From an uncultured virus (IMG/VR IMGVR_UViG_3300015610_002171) (taxonomy: Duplodnaviria; Heunggongvirae; Uroviricota; Caudoviricetes): a stretch of DNA of 64,000 nt. The position numbers and the translations under genes are program-made. Numbering within the stretch: the first letter of the stretch is position 1; each line of letters starts with the position of its first letter. Below the pieces are notes generated by a model. That model was not told the DNA's origin, searched no databases, and saw only the letters and a list, made by a program, of their open reading frames with translations. Shown here one piece after another: positions 1 through 10,651 of this stretch. The DNA is taken from the IMG/VR virus record IMGVR_UViG_3300015610_002171; one strand, 5' to 3'.

Positions 1-136
1 CTTGGATTATAAAAACTTTAAAAACACCCTTTGGTTCCCTTGGATTATAAAAACTTTAAAAACTTTAAAAACTTTAAAAACTTTAAAAACTTTAAAAACT
101 TTAAAAACTTTAAAAACTTTAAAAACACCCTTTGGT
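1..136. repeat. Tandem 9-mer (AAAAACTTT)x8 inside a duplicated CTTGGATTAT...CACCCTTTGGTT unit
   Basis: Unit at 1-36 recurs from 39 with the internal 9-mer expanded to 8 copies (49-120). Confidence 0.9.
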
Positions 137-439
137 TTGATACATTTTCACTCTTTTTATTTTTTTTAACCCAATTTTTCCTTCCCAAACCTTTCGTTTA
201 ATTTCTTTTCATTTAATTTTTTTGGTTCCGACACAACACGCGGTCAAATCCCTTGACGAATTCTCCTGTGGTTTCGATATGTTAGGAGCGAGGCATTGTG
301 AAAATAATTTGGGATANNGGAGAGTGTGCGGTGCAAGAGAGGCAGGGGAAGAAAGGGGAATAAACTAGAATTAAACGAGGATGGAGTGGGAGGGATTGCG
401 GTCGCGGGGCAGGGTGGTTATGGTGAAAAGTGGTGATAA

Positions 440-1007
440 ATGCAGCATAAAGGGAAATATTGGAAAGTAAAAGAAATTGGGAGGGAAAGAAAAACAAAAG
501 TTGTTAAGAAGGTAATCCAATTATATCTATCGGATAAAGATTATATGGGAAACTATACGGGAAAGGTGTATGTTTTCAGGGGAAGTTATGATAAAACGGT
601 TCATATAGCTATGTGTGAATACAGGAATGGTCTTATTCACCATGACAGTAGACCAGCGCTTAGGTATTTAAATGGATCTTTCTTTTGGTACAAAGAAGNN
701 NNNNNNNNNNNNNNNNNNNGCGGTTGAATATCCAAATGGAGGCAAACAATGGTGGATTAATGGAGAGTTGCACCGAGAAGACGGTCCTGCTGTTGAATAT
801 TCAGATGGAACAAAAGAATGGTGGGTTGATGGGGTTCGATATTATCAAAATATTGATATAACGGATAAAATCTTTCTTGGGAAGGAGAGGGGGAAGTATG
901 GTATTGAGTGGGTGAGGTTTTTGGATAAAGAAAGAATTAAAGAGTATCCTATACTTCCTGGGTTGGAGTATGTGTACTGTACAAAGAACATTGAGGATTT
1001 GGTTTAG
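440..1007 (+). CDS. HRxDGPA-repeat family protein (one gene spanning the N gap)
   Basis: ORFs 440..727 and 672..1007 join across the N-run at ~699-719; HREDGPAVE repeats and C-terminal FLGKERGKYGIEW...YPILPG. Confidence 0.7.
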
Positions 1008-1168
1008 GGTGCGGGGTTTGTTTTCTTGTTGCCGCAGAATTTCCGCAATCAATTAACTGTCTTCGTATAAGGTTCAGCAGGGCATTAAAATCGAAAAAAC
1101 GGGTTATGTGTCGTTAAAAATAAAAGGGCATTAAAATCGATTTTAAAAAGGAATGACAGGCAAGCAAA

Positions 1169-1594
1169 ATGAATATAATAAAAGTTCAATACGGTGCAGA
1201 CATTCCTGATAATTTTACAGGAATTGTTGAATATGAAGATGGAGATAAAAAAGAGTGGTATAAAGAAGGAAAATATCACCGAGAAGATGGCCCTGCTATT
1301 GAACATGAAAATGGATCAAAAGAATGGTGGTTTGAAGATAAAATACATCGCATAGATGGACCTGCGGTTGAATATTCAGATGGAACAAAAGAATGGTGGA
1401 TTGATGGAATTCAATATGCTGAACGTAACTTAGAATACTTTTGTAAAAATTGTATTTTTCTTGGAAAAGAAAAAGGAAAACATGGATTGGTTTGGTTAAA
1501 GTTTTTGGATGAAGATGAAATTGAAGAATTTCCTATTATTCCTGGAATGGATATTTCTTCACTGCAAAGAATGGAAAGTAAAAATGGAATATAA
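1169..1594 (+). CDS. HRxDGPA-repeat family protein
   Basis: IPDNFTGIVE N-terminus, 2 repeats, GKEKGKHGLVWLKFL C-terminal domain. Confidence 0.85.
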   Translation: MNIIKVQYGADIPDNFTGIVEYEDGDKKEWYKEGKYHREDGPAIEHENGSKEWWFEDKIHRIDGPAVEYSDGTKEWWIDGIQYAERNLEYFCKNCIFLGKEKGKHGLVWLKFLDEDEIEEFPIIPGMDISSLQRMESKNGI

Positions 1595-2090
1595 GATGGA
1601 ACAGATCGAAGTTTGGGATAGGAATGATATTCCAGAAAAGTATACTGGAGTAGCACTGTCACTCGCCACCGAGAGTACAATGTATTATAAAGAAGGAAAA
1701 CTCCACCGAGAAGATGGACCTGCAATAGAGTTTCCAGATGGAGGAAAACATTGGTTTAAAGATGGAAATCACCATCGGGTAAATGGACCAGCAGTTGAAT
1801 ATTCAAGTGGTTGTAAAGAATGGTGGGTTGATGATTTTTTATATATGGCAATTAGACCACATGACACCTGTGTAGATTTTTATTTTGAGTTACAAGACTG
1901 TATTTTTCTTGAAAGTTGGGTTGGAAACTATGGACTTAAATGGATGAAACTTCTAACAGAAGATGAGGTTATTGAGTTACCGTTAATTTCTGAAATGAGA
2001 TTTTCGCAACAGCAATTAGATTTTTTTATAAAGAATAAGGTTTTGGATGGTAGTGAAGTGAATGATTTTGTGTATGCCCCGAAAACTTGA
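1584..2090 (+). CDS. HRxDGPA-repeat family protein
   Basis: HREDGPAIE/HRVNGPAVE repeats; start moved to internal Met. Confidence 0.8.
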   Translation: MEYKMEQIEVWDRNDIPEKYTGVALSLATESTMYYKEGKLHREDGPAIEFPDGGKHWFKDGNHHRVNGPAVEYSSGCKEWWVDDFLYMAIRPHDTCVDFYFELQDCIFLESWVGNYGLKWMKLLTEDEVIELPLISEMRFSQQQLDFFIKNKVLDGSEVNDFVYAPKT

Positions 2091-2445
2091 TTTATTCACC
2101 AAAAATAAAGCCAAATATTGAAAGAAATTTTTCCATTTCCCCGAGGGCCATATATAATTTCTTTAGGGAAATTCCACAAAATGCCCAACTTGATTTTATG
2201 TGTTTCAGAATTCCAGGGTTTTTAATATGTTTTTTGGCAATATTTTGGTATAAAGTTTATCACAGTAAAATAAAGTAATAATATGTGGAAATTTCACTTG
2301 AATATTTCACCAAAAAAGAAGCCAAATATTGAAAGAAATTTTTTTATCACCCTCGGTATAGGGATAAAGAAAGTTCTAGAATGCAGGGAATGTTAAAATT
2401 TGATCAACTTGATTTTGTGTGTTTCAAAATTCCAGGGTTTTTGAT

Positions 2446-2871
2446 ATGAAAACAATAAAAGTAAAACTATATCTAGATGTTCCAAATGATTTCACAGGAA
2501 TTGCGGAATTTGCAAATGGAGACAAGTATTGGTACAAAGAAGGAAAATATCATCGAGAAGACGGTCCTGCTGTGGAATGGGCAAATGGAAATAAAGAATG
2601 GTGGTTTGAAGGAGAACTTCATCGACTTGATGGACCAGCGTTTGAACATCCAAATGGAACAAAAGAATGGTTGATTGAAGGAAAACAGATTCCTACAGAA
2701 ATTAATATTACAAACAAACTCTTTCTTGGAAAAGAAAAAGGAAAATATGGCCTTGAATGGTTAAAGTTTCTAGCAGAAGAAGGCATTGAAGAATTCCCTA
2801 TTATTCCAGGAATTGAATATAAAATTACAAAAAACTATTCGCTTGATAGTTTTCTAGAAAGTCATAAATAA
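2446..2871 (+). CDS. HRxDGPA-repeat family protein
   Basis: MKTIKV...VPNDFTGIAE start typical of the family; 2 repeats. Confidence 0.85.
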   Translation: MKTIKVKLYLDVPNDFTGIAEFANGDKYWYKEGKYHREDGPAVEWANGNKEWWFEGELHRLDGPAFEHPNGTKEWLIEGKQIPTEINITNKLFLGKEKGKYGLEWLKFLAEEGIEEFPIIPGIEYKITKNYSLDSFLESHK

Positions 2872-3269
2872 TGAAAATAGATTTGGAAGTAAAATTATCT
2901 AGCAAAATTCCATATGGATTTACTGGGGTTGTGCATATCGTCGCCGAGTGTCGCTGTTGTGATAGAATCATTTTTCTTAAAAACGGAGAGTATCACCGAG
3001 AAGATGGTCCTGCTATTGAATGTTTAGATGGTGCTAAATATTGGTTTAAAGAAGGAGAAAGGCATAGGATAGATGGCCCTGCTAACGAACACATGAGCGG
3101 AGCGAAAGGGTGGTATGTTAATAGAATAGAATATTCCTTTTTTAAATTAAAAAATAGTATTGTTCTTGACTATTTCAAGGGGGCCCACAATATTATGTGG
3201 TATAAGATTTTAACAGAAGATGGAATCACAGAATATCCTGATATACCAGGATTAATAGATAAAGGATAA
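2871..3269 (+). CDS. HRxDGPA-repeat family protein
   Basis: 2 repeats, C-terminal LTEDGITEYPDIPG. Confidence 0.85.
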   Translation: MKIDLEVKLSSKIPYGFTGVVHIVAECRCCDRIIFLKNGEYHREDGPAIECLDGAKYWFKEGERHRIDGPANEHMSGAKGWYVNRIEYSFFKLKNSIVLDYFKGAHNIMWYKILTEDGITEYPDIPGLIDKG

Positions 3270-3274
3270 AGTAA

Positions 3275-3691
3275 ATGACAAAAACAAATAAACTATATAA
3301 AAACACAGAAAAATACTTTAGTGATTTAATAATGTCTTCAGGTTGGACACTTGCAGATAAAGAAAACTATAGCTCCTACCACAAAAAAGATGATACGATT
3401 CCACTTGGAAACATGAAGTTTTCTTTAACAAATATTGTTATTGCCGATGAATATATCGATATTGCGTTTAGAATAACAGAAGACTTTTTAACTGAATCTG
3501 AAATTCAAACTAAAAACATGGTTCATGTGTGGAGATCTATAAAAATCAGTTATACTACCGAGACTAATAAAGTTAGGGTAACAAACAATAATTCTTGGGG
3601 TTCAAAAAAGTTTATGTTGGATGATAAGGCCAAAGAAAAACTTGCGGCAGGATTTAAAAAATTTATAGAAACCTTTTCTTTTAAAGATTAA
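3275..3691 (+). CDS. hypothetical protein
   Basis: 138-aa ORF packed in operon. Confidence 0.6.
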   Translation: MTKTNKLYKNTEKYFSDLIMSSGWTLADKENYSSYHKKDDTIPLGNMKFSLTNIVIADEYIDIAFRITEDFLTESEIQTKNMVHVWRSIKISYTTETNKVRVTNNNSWGSKKFMLDDKAKEKLAAGFKKFIETFSFKD

Positions 3692-4622
3692 AATTCTTTA
3701 GTTCTTCGATTGAAGAGGTAAGTTCCCTAACAACCTGATCTTTAAATCTCTTATTTTTTTCCGATTCTTTCATTGAAGAAAAATAAGAACAATTAGCTTC
3801 TAGGAATTTAATACGTTCTTTGATAAGAAGATTCCAGCTAAAAACAAAATTTTCTTTATAGGAAATATTATAAGCAATATTAATGAAATCTTTTAGAGAT
3901 ATTTTTAAAGTTCCTTGTTTGAGACCAACTGGTATTTTTGACAATAAAATAGATTTTGGAGTATAAGGGAAATTTGAAAGATTCACCGTAACATTTAAAA
4001 AACCTTGTTTTTGTTTGTTTGATACAGAATTTAGACCATTTAGTTTTGCCCAATAAATTAATTCTTTTTTGTCTATTAATGGTGAATTTCCATGAAAAAT
4101 AAAATTAACTTTATCAAAACACTTTAGACTAAACGGTTTATTTTGAAACACCTCTAAAAAAATAAAATAACCATTTTTTGCATTGAAAACATCTTGCATC
4201 GTTATCTTTTCTTCATAAGAATAAAGTTCTCCTTGGTATGAAGAATTGAATCCGATTTTATCAACAATTTGATTTTCTAAAAATGCTTTATAAGGTTTTC
4301 CAAATTCATTATAGAATATCATAAACTCTTCTCCAACTTTTAGTGGAGCTTTTGAAAGAGAGTATGGGTTTTTATTCCAATAATAAAGGTTGTTATTTCT
4401 TTTTCTTGCGGGCAAGAATGTTCTGATTACAGATTTATTTTTTTCTAAGTTCAATAAAGAATAGATGGTAAAATGGCCAAACTCTCTAGAGTAATCAGAA
4501 AAGCGATTATTATCTTCTAAAGATAACTTAAGGTCATTTAAACTTTCTTTTGTTAATAAATCTATTTGTTTAAAATATTCATTATCAAATTCAAGATTTG
4601 CCAAAAACTCTGATAGGGACAT
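3681..4622 (-). CDS. hypothetical protein
   Basis: 313-aa ORF. Confidence 0.7.
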   Translation of the reverse strand: MSLSEFLANLEFDNEYFKQIDLLTKESLNDLKLSLEDNNRFSDYSREFGHFTIYSLLNLEKNKSVIRTFLPARKRNNNLYYWNKNPYSLSKAPLKVGEEFMIFYNEFGKPYKAFLENQIVDKIGFNSSYQGELYSYEEKITMQDVFNAKNGYFIFLEVFQNKPFSLKCFDKVNFIFHGNSPLIDKKELIYWAKLNGLNSVSNKQKQGFLNVTVNLSNFPYTPKSILLSKIPVGLKQGTLKISLKDFINIAYNISYKENFVFSWNLLIKERIKFLEANCSYFSSMKESEKNKRFKDQVVRELTSSIEELKNFNL

Positions 4623-4635
4623 TCTATCAAGTTAA

Positions 4636-5238
4636 TCATGGTTTATTATTTTGCAAGTAGACAAAACGTTTTATGAACTCTTCTTTTGCTTTTTTAGGGT
4701 CCATTGCTTTTATATTATATGTAAAAGGCTTTTGAGTAACCCTAATGTCTGTTTCAGGAAGTTCATACTTTGGTTTTGCCATAAAATCTCTCATTTCTTG
4801 GGCTCTAACGTATGTATCTGCCCTTTTAACGGCACTAGAGTGTAAACTATCGAGTCCAAATCTTTGGGCAATTACATTAGAAATTCTATCTTCTAAATCA
4901 GTTAAAGCTTTAAGTTCTTTCCATTTTTTTAAAGGTGTTCTAATGTCTACTGTATAAACTTCTGCCGCATCGTGCAGCAAGCCTCGCATTTGTTCTGCCC
5001 AAACAGCTTTCTTATCGGTTTTATCCAAGTAAAGATCTTGGCCCGCATAGTGCGAAACATAAATAGAATGTTGAGCATTTGTGTATAGTTTTTTAACATG
5101 TCCGCCAGCAAAACATGTATGAGCAAGAGATGTAGCTATATCGTAAATATTTACATCTTCTACGCGTAGGTTAAGAACGTCTACCAATAATCCACTTGCA
5201 GTCATAATTTCAGCTTTTATATTTTCTTCATTTTCCAT
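4636..5238 (-). CDS. HD-domain phosphohydrolase (YfbR-like 5'-deoxynucleotidase)
   Basis: DIATSLAH..GGH..YTNAQHS..GLLHDAAEVY..D..TPLK..AD motifs. Confidence 0.85.
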   Translation of the reverse strand: MENEENIKAEIMTASGLLVDVLNLRVEDVNIYDIATSLAHTCFAGGHVKKLYTNAQHSIYVSHYAGQDLYLDKTDKKAVWAEQMRGLLHDAAEVYTVDIRTPLKKWKELKALTDLEDRISNVIAQRFGLDSLHSSAVKRADTYVRAQEMRDFMAKPKYELPETDIRVTQKPFTYNIKAMDPKKAKEEFIKRFVYLQNNKP

Positions 5239-5339
5239 TTTTTTACCTCAGAGTCCACAAAAGAGAAGAGGGACCACTTATCTCTAAGTTAGTCCCTCTT
5301 ATTAGTTCAAGCAATGCTCGAAAATATTCGTTATGCTTA

Positions 5340-5606
5340 TTACGCGGGCCAAGAACCAGCAACGCCGCTGTTTTGTAGCGCACTTGAAAGCGCGGCTGTT
5401 AAAACAGGGATAATTGATGTACTTGTTAGTTTCAACACAACGTCTGGATTTTCTGTGTTACCCATACGGAATTGCATTCCTTTTTGAGCAACAGTTGTGG
5501 CGCGCAACCAAACATAAGTAGAAACTGTACCGTTTTCATCGGCAACGTTTTGAACGCTGACAGATGATGTAACGTTAAAGTTTAGTGGCAAATATGGTGT
5601 AGGCAT
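5340..5606 (-). CDS. hypothetical protein
   Basis: 88-aa ORF with GAGG RBS, followed by hairpin at ~5266-5300. Confidence 0.6.
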   Translation of the reverse strand: MPTPYLPLNFNVTSSVSVQNVADENGTVSTYVWLRATTVAQKGMQFRMGNTENPDVVLKLTSTSIIPVLTAALSSALQNSGVAGSWPA

Positions 5607-5655
5607 TTATATATTTTTTAACCTCAGAAATAAATATTGAGGTTAAAGAGAAATC

Positions 5656-6936
5656 TTAAGAAGCAATTCCTTTTCTGTCATTTGATAGAACTTCTTTTGC
5701 TCTATTCCGCAATACATCGTTATAAAATTTTGAAAGAATAGAATTCTCTGAATTTTTTGGCTTTATTTCAGTATCATTTCTCATTTTTAATGTGCTTTGT
5801 GCGATAGGTACAACTAATTCGTTTGGAATATTACTAAAGAAATCAAAAAGATTTCTCGCATACTCGTCATTCTCAACAAGCCAAATTTCATTTCTTGCAT
5901 CCAAAGATGCTTGAACTTTGTGACACAATTCGTAGATGACTTTTAATTTCTTATCGGAGTGTTTTGTGCTTTTATCAATTTTTGATAAAACACCTTTCCA
6001 GTTTTCAAATATGTCTTTCACGCCAAAGAAAAGAATATTTTCTTTGCAGTATTCTGCAAATTTAAATCCTTCGATTGGCCCTATTATGGAAGACACAAGC
6101 ATTTTAAATTTAGAAACAGAATCTACCATTTCTTCAAGTTTGTTTTCTTGGCTTAACCTTGTCATTAAGCGACCAACTTTTGTCCAAGCTCTAGGATCTG
6201 GAGATTTGGTATTGCTTGCAAATTTTTTATCATCTGTATAAAGAGCAGTCGGTTCTTTTAGAATATAACTTTTCACGAGTTCGTGAATGTCTTTTCTATT
6301 AGAAGCCCAACGCGACCATGCTTCTGAGTCGTATTGTGCTCCAATGACTGCATATCTAGAAAATTCGGCAACATCAAAATCGTCTGTTTGGTACATGGCA
6401 CCAATGTTTGCCGCAACAAACACTCTAGTGTTTGGATGCAGTTTGTTTCCCAAGAAAATCTTGCTATCGGCAATTTGAAATGTTGCTTGCCTTAAACTTG
6501 GAAATGCTCGATTTAATTCATCAAAAAATAAAACAACAGGAAATTTATAAGTAATTGCCATAAAATCCATTTGAGTAAATTTAGTTGTTTCACGGTCAAG
6601 CGATTCATTTTCGACAATACGAGGGACACCAGTCAACTCTCCTTCTGACATTTGAGACAAACGTCTTTCAATTACTGGGATACCTAATTCATAGGACCAC
6701 ACTCCGCCGTTTTCAGCAACAATGTCGCCCATTTTTCCTTCATTTTTCAAAATATTTCCGACTGCCGCACAAGTTTCTTTGTTTTTATAAACGTCATCTC
6801 TCAACGAGGCAGCAATTTGATAAACGATTTCAGATTTCCCAACTCCGTGTGGGCCAACAAACAAAACAGCTTGGTTAACATCCTGCTGCGATGCTATTTG
6901 CTTTGCTGTTTCTATGTCACAGGTGATATATGTCAT
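5656..6936 (-). CDS. MoxR-like AAA+ ATPase
   Basis: Walker A GPHGVGKS, Walker B LFFDELNRA, sensor AAN, PDPRAW; start reassigned to MTYIT. Confidence 0.85.
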   Translation of the reverse strand: MTYITCDIETAKQIASQQDVNQAVLFVGPHGVGKSEIVYQIAASLRDDVYKNKETCAAVGNILKNEGKMGDIVAENGGVWSYELGIPVIERRLSQMSEGELTGVPRIVENESLDRETTKFTQMDFMAITYKFPVVLFFDELNRAFPSLRQATFQIADSKIFLGNKLHPNTRVFVAANIGAMYQTDDFDVAEFSRYAVIGAQYDSEAWSRWASNRKDIHELVKSYILKEPTALYTDDKKFASNTKSPDPRAWTKVGRLMTRLSQENKLEEMVDSVSKFKMLVSSIIGPIEGFKFAEYCKENILFFGVKDIFENWKGVLSKIDKSTKHSDKKLKVIYELCHKVQASLDARNEIWLVENDEYARNLFDFFSNIPNELVVPIAQSTLKMRNDTEIKPKNSENSILSKFYNDVLRNRAKEVLSNDRKGIAS

Positions 6937-6961
6937 TTTTGTTTTTGAACCTTGGGCAAGC

Positions 6962-7030
6962 AATATAGCCACGCTGGGCACCGCGTCAAGTCCCCGCACC
7001 CTTGACAATTTGCCCGTGCGTGAGCAGACT
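6962..7030. promoter_or_regulatory. Divergent sigma70-type promoters
   Basis: + TTGACA-17-CAGACT (7002-7030); - TTGACG-16-TATATT (6989-6962). Confidence 0.6.
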
Positions 7031-7066
7031 TCTCGCCCAAGCGTCTAATTTTACGGACACAAAAAC

Positions 7067-8566
7067 ATGACAAAAAAATCGAACGAGCACACACACGAAG
7101 AGCAAACAGCAGACGTAAAAGAATACAAGAGAGATCCCAACAAAGATTACTCTTACATAAAAAAACTTGTTACGGTTTTCTTTGCACAAGAAACTTTTTA
7201 TGGAAGAATATTATGCAGATTTATAATCAAAGAAGATTGGGAATGTAATTCTGCTTACGTTAAATTTGATTATCCATTCTACCTAGAAACGGGTAGAATA
7301 ACATATTTAATGGGATTTAATCCTGAGTTTATTGACTCAGAACTTTGCAGAAAATATGAAAAAAATAATCTAATTTCAATTAGTCACCATGATGATGCGT
7401 ACAAAGAAGCCGCATTTGTTTTCGTGCACGAGGTGCTGCATACTATATTAGGCCATCTTACAGACAGAACAATTATTTCTAAAGATAAAACAGAAATGGA
7501 AGTTGCAAACATTGCAATGGATCTTGCGATCAATTCCTTGATTTTAAAATCAAGAGATGAAGTTGAAACAAAAACAAGAGAGATATCACTGATTCCCCCG
7601 AAACTTGGATTTTATCCAGGTAAAAGACCACAGATCAAAAACCAAGAGTTCGCAAGTTTTATTGAAACATTGCCCGCTCTTCAAACCACCACGTTTTATT
7701 TTAATAAAATAAAAGAATATATGGAAAAAGAAGCTGAAAAGAAGGGTGATGAAAAAGGGCAGTCTGGCGAGACAAATAAAGTTAAAGTTTTCTTAAATGG
7801 TCTTCAACAATCGGACGGCTCTTCTGAATCAATTGGATTTGACTCCCACAACGGGTGGTCAAATCTTCCAAAAGAAATCAGAGAAGAAATTAAATCTAAT
7901 ATGAGAAATCAAATTAAAGAAGCTTTAAACGAAGCCCGCAAATCAAACCGCTGGGGAACTGTAAGCTCTTCAATGCAAGAATTAATGGGCAGACTTGTAG
8001 CAGAAAGTCCAGTTGATTGGAAAACCTTAATCGAAAATGTAGTTGGACAGTGCCGTGTTCAAGAACACGAAGGAACATATAAAAAATTATCTAAAAAACT
8101 TCCAATGTTATTACCTGGAGAAAAGAAAAAAACATCAATGCCAATTGCTTTTTTTATTGATCAGTCTGGCTCGATGTCAAACGAAGATGTCCAATTAGCA
8201 TTTGCTCAAGCTGCTAACTGTGCTGCTATGATTGAAATTGATGTTTATAACTTTGATACAGAAGTTGACGAAAAATCTCACGTTGTGTGGAAAAATAAAT
8301 TTTCATATACATGGAAAAGAACGAGAGATGGCGGAACTGACTTTAATGCAATTAAAAGATTTATAGAGAATCCATCGTTTAGGAAACGAAACTGGAAATG
8401 GATTGTTATTTTAACTGACGGTTATGCTCCGAGCCTAGATCCGCTTCCTGCGAAAGTTTTGTGGTTAATAACTCCAGGCGGCAAAGAACCTGAAAACTTA
8501 CGACCACAAGATTTGGTTGCAAAAATGAAACATCCAAAAGATTATGACACAACCGATGTTATTTAA
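7067..8566 (+). CDS. HEXXH metallopeptidase + VWA domain protein (DUF2201-like MoxR partner)
   Basis: HEVLH, NIAMDLAIN, MIDAS DQSGSM, GGTDF, ILTDGY. Confidence 0.85.
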   Translation: MTKKSNEHTHEEQTADVKEYKRDPNKDYSYIKKLVTVFFAQETFYGRILCRFIIKEDWECNSAYVKFDYPFYLETGRITYLMGFNPEFIDSELCRKYEKNNLISISHHDDAYKEAAFVFVHEVLHTILGHLTDRTIISKDKTEMEVANIAMDLAINSLILKSRDEVETKTREISLIPPKLGFYPGKRPQIKNQEFASFIETLPALQTTTFYFNKIKEYMEKEAEKKGDEKGQSGETNKVKVFLNGLQQSDGSSESIGFDSHNGWSNLPKEIREEIKSNMRNQIKEALNEARKSNRWGTVSSSMQELMGRLVAESPVDWKTLIENVVGQCRVQEHEGTYKKLSKKLPMLLPGEKKKTSMPIAFFIDQSGSMSNEDVQLAFAQAANCAAMIEIDVYNFDTEVDEKSHVVWKNKFSYTWKRTRDGGTDFNAIKRFIENPSFRKRNWKWIVILTDGYAPSLDPLPAKVLWLITPGGKEPENLRPQDLVAKMKHPKDYDTTDVI

Positions 8567-9042
8567 CATATTATGAGTGATATTACTAAATCAAGTCTTA
8601 TAAAAGAAATCATGGATTTACCGCTTATCAAAGAAATAAAAACTTCGTTTCCACAAGAAGAGTCCGAAATAGATAGTTTAATTTTAGCGATTGTATCCTC
8701 TGTGACAGAGGGATCTAAACCAGACAGTCAATCGATTAGTTCTAATGAACAGATAGAGAACTAACCCTTCTCTCCCAAACCCTCTTAGTGTAGTGACCCG
8801 CATCCGAAAAAATAATGATTATCTCTTCTTTAATAGAAAAGAACTAATCTAGCAAGCGGCGACAAAAGGGGATTATTAACAAATAAACTTCGAGGGCCTG
8901 CTCGAAGTGATATTTAGTTTTCTTATACCCATTTCTAAATTAAACCTACGTTGGGTGTGTGGACTTTTCGATCAAGGTATCCTTGGAATTTTAGAAATGA
9001 TTTTATGGAGATATTTTCAACCAAATGGCAATAGGATAATTC

Positions 9043-9474
9043 ATGAAAATAATAAAAGTAGAATGTGCAGGGGAAATTCCAGATGATTTCACAGGAATTG
9101 CAGAATATTCAAATGGAAACAGGGAATGGTATAAGGAAGGAAAACTTCATCGAGAGGGCGGCCCAGCAGTTGAATATCCAATTGGAACCAAGCTTTGGTT
9201 TAAAGAAGGAAAAAGGCATCGACTTGACGGACCAGCGATTGAATATTCGCATGGAGACAAAGAGTATTGGGTTAACGGAGAGACATTACAAACAAACATT
9301 TTTATTTATGGTAAAATCTTTCTTGGAAAAGAAAAAGGAAAATATGGCCTTGAGTGGTTAAGGTTTCTAACCGAAGATAAAATTGAGGAATACCCTATTG
9401 TCCCTGGACACGAATATGAATTTATAGAAATAAAGTACTTTACATTAGAAGAATTCCTTAACAGAAAAGTGTAG
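9043..9474 (+). CDS. HRxDGPA-repeat family protein
   Basis: 2 repeats plus family C-terminal domain. Confidence 0.85.
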   Translation: MKIIKVECAGEIPDDFTGIAEYSNGNREWYKEGKLHREGGPAVEYPIGTKLWFKEGKRHRLDGPAIEYSHGDKEYWVNGETLQTNIFIYGKIFLGKEKGKYGLEWLRFLTEDKIEEYPIVPGHEYEFIEIKYFTLEEFLNRKV

Positions 9475-9517
9475 AGCGCGGGTTGCGCTGCGGATAATGC
9501 CTGATTAAAATTGACTC

Positions 9518-9955
9518 ATGGATATAGTAGTAAAAAAACGTGGCAGACCGCCTGGAAGTAAAAACAAGAAAAAAGGCGGGGAAGAAAAGCCAGTACCAGC
9601 GGCAACGAATTCAGAATTAATTCCAAAAAAGCGCGGCAGACCGCCAAAGAACCCTCAACCAGTCGCGGCACCAAAACCAGAATTAATTCAAGAGAATCCA
9701 AAACCTGTTTCTGTACCAACAACCTCGACCGAAGTTTCACCCAAAACAGAGGCGACTTCAAACTTTAGACAATTTGAAGTTCGGGACAGAGTAAAAAAAA
9801 CAACAAATGGACAAATAGGATATGTTAAAATACACAAGCCAGGTTCCAGGTATGTTTACATTGATTGGGGTGGTGATTATATGGATTTTGTTGCGGTTGA
9901 TTTATTAGAACTTGTAAACCCAGTTCCATCAAAAAGAACAAAAAAAGAAGCGTAA
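9518..9955 (+). CDS. AT-hook protein with C-terminal small beta-barrel-like domain
   Basis: Two KKRGRPP AT-hooks; C-terminal FEVRDRVK..GYVK..YVYIDW. Confidence 0.7.
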   Translation: MDIVVKKRGRPPGSKNKKKGGEEKPVPAATNSELIPKKRGRPPKNPQPVAAPKPELIQENPKPVSVPTTSTEVSPKTEATSNFRQFEVRDRVKKTTNGQIGYVKIHKPGSRYVYIDWGGDYMDFVAVDLLELVNPVPSKRTKKEA

Positions 9956-9961
9956 TGTAAA

Positions 9962-10645
9962 ATGGAAAAGCTTATGGTGACAGACTTAAGAGATGTTTCA
10001 AAAGATTTCACAGGGATTGCGGAATATCCAAACAGAGACAAGTATTGGTACAAAGAAGGTTTCCATCATCGAGAAGATGGACCAGCTGTTGAATTGGCAG
10101 ATGGAACCAAATATTGGTATAAAGAAGGAAAACGACATAGAATAGATGGTCCCGCTGTTGAACGTTCAGACGGAACCAAATATTGGTGTAAAGAAGGACG
10201 ATTTCATCGTATAGATGGGCCAGCGGTCGAACATGTGAATGGAACCATATCTTGGTTTGTTGAAGGAAAACTTCATCGAGAAAATAATCCAGCTATGGAA
10301 TATGCAGATGGGTCAAAATATTGGTACAAAGAAGGGTATTTGCATAGATTGGACGGTCCTGCTGTTGAATTGGCGGACGGAACCAAATCTTGGTGGATTG
10401 AAGGTGCCTGCCACCGAGAAGACGGTCCCGCGTACGAAGACGCAGATGGAACCAAATTTTGGTATATCCATGGGAAATTAATGGATACCGACAATGAAAT
10501 AGAAATTGTAAATTTTCTCGGAATAGAAAAAATGTTTGGGTTTGAATGGATGAGGTTTCAAACTGAAAAAAAAGAAATTAAAAGAATTCCAATTGTTTCA
10601 AAACTAAAATATGCGTTACTAATATCAACAAAAAAAGAAGCGTAA
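9962..10645 (+). CDS. HRxDGPA-repeat family protein (6 repeats)
   Basis: Six consecutive repeats. Confidence 0.85.
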   Translation: MEKLMVTDLRDVSKDFTGIAEYPNRDKYWYKEGFHHREDGPAVELADGTKYWYKEGKRHRIDGPAVERSDGTKYWCKEGRFHRIDGPAVEHVNGTISWFVEGKLHRENNPAMEYADGSKYWYKEGYLHRLDGPAVELADGTKSWWIEGACHREDGPAYEDADGTKFWYIHGKLMDTDNEIEIVNFLGIEKMFGFEWMRFQTEKKEIKRIPIVSKLKYALLISTKKEA

Positions 10646-10651
10646 TATAAA

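Noticed and set aside
8765..8980. Ribozyme or riboswitch in intergenic region
   Set aside because: One hairpin (ACTTCGAG/CTCGAAGT) but no recognisable catalytic or aptamer core.
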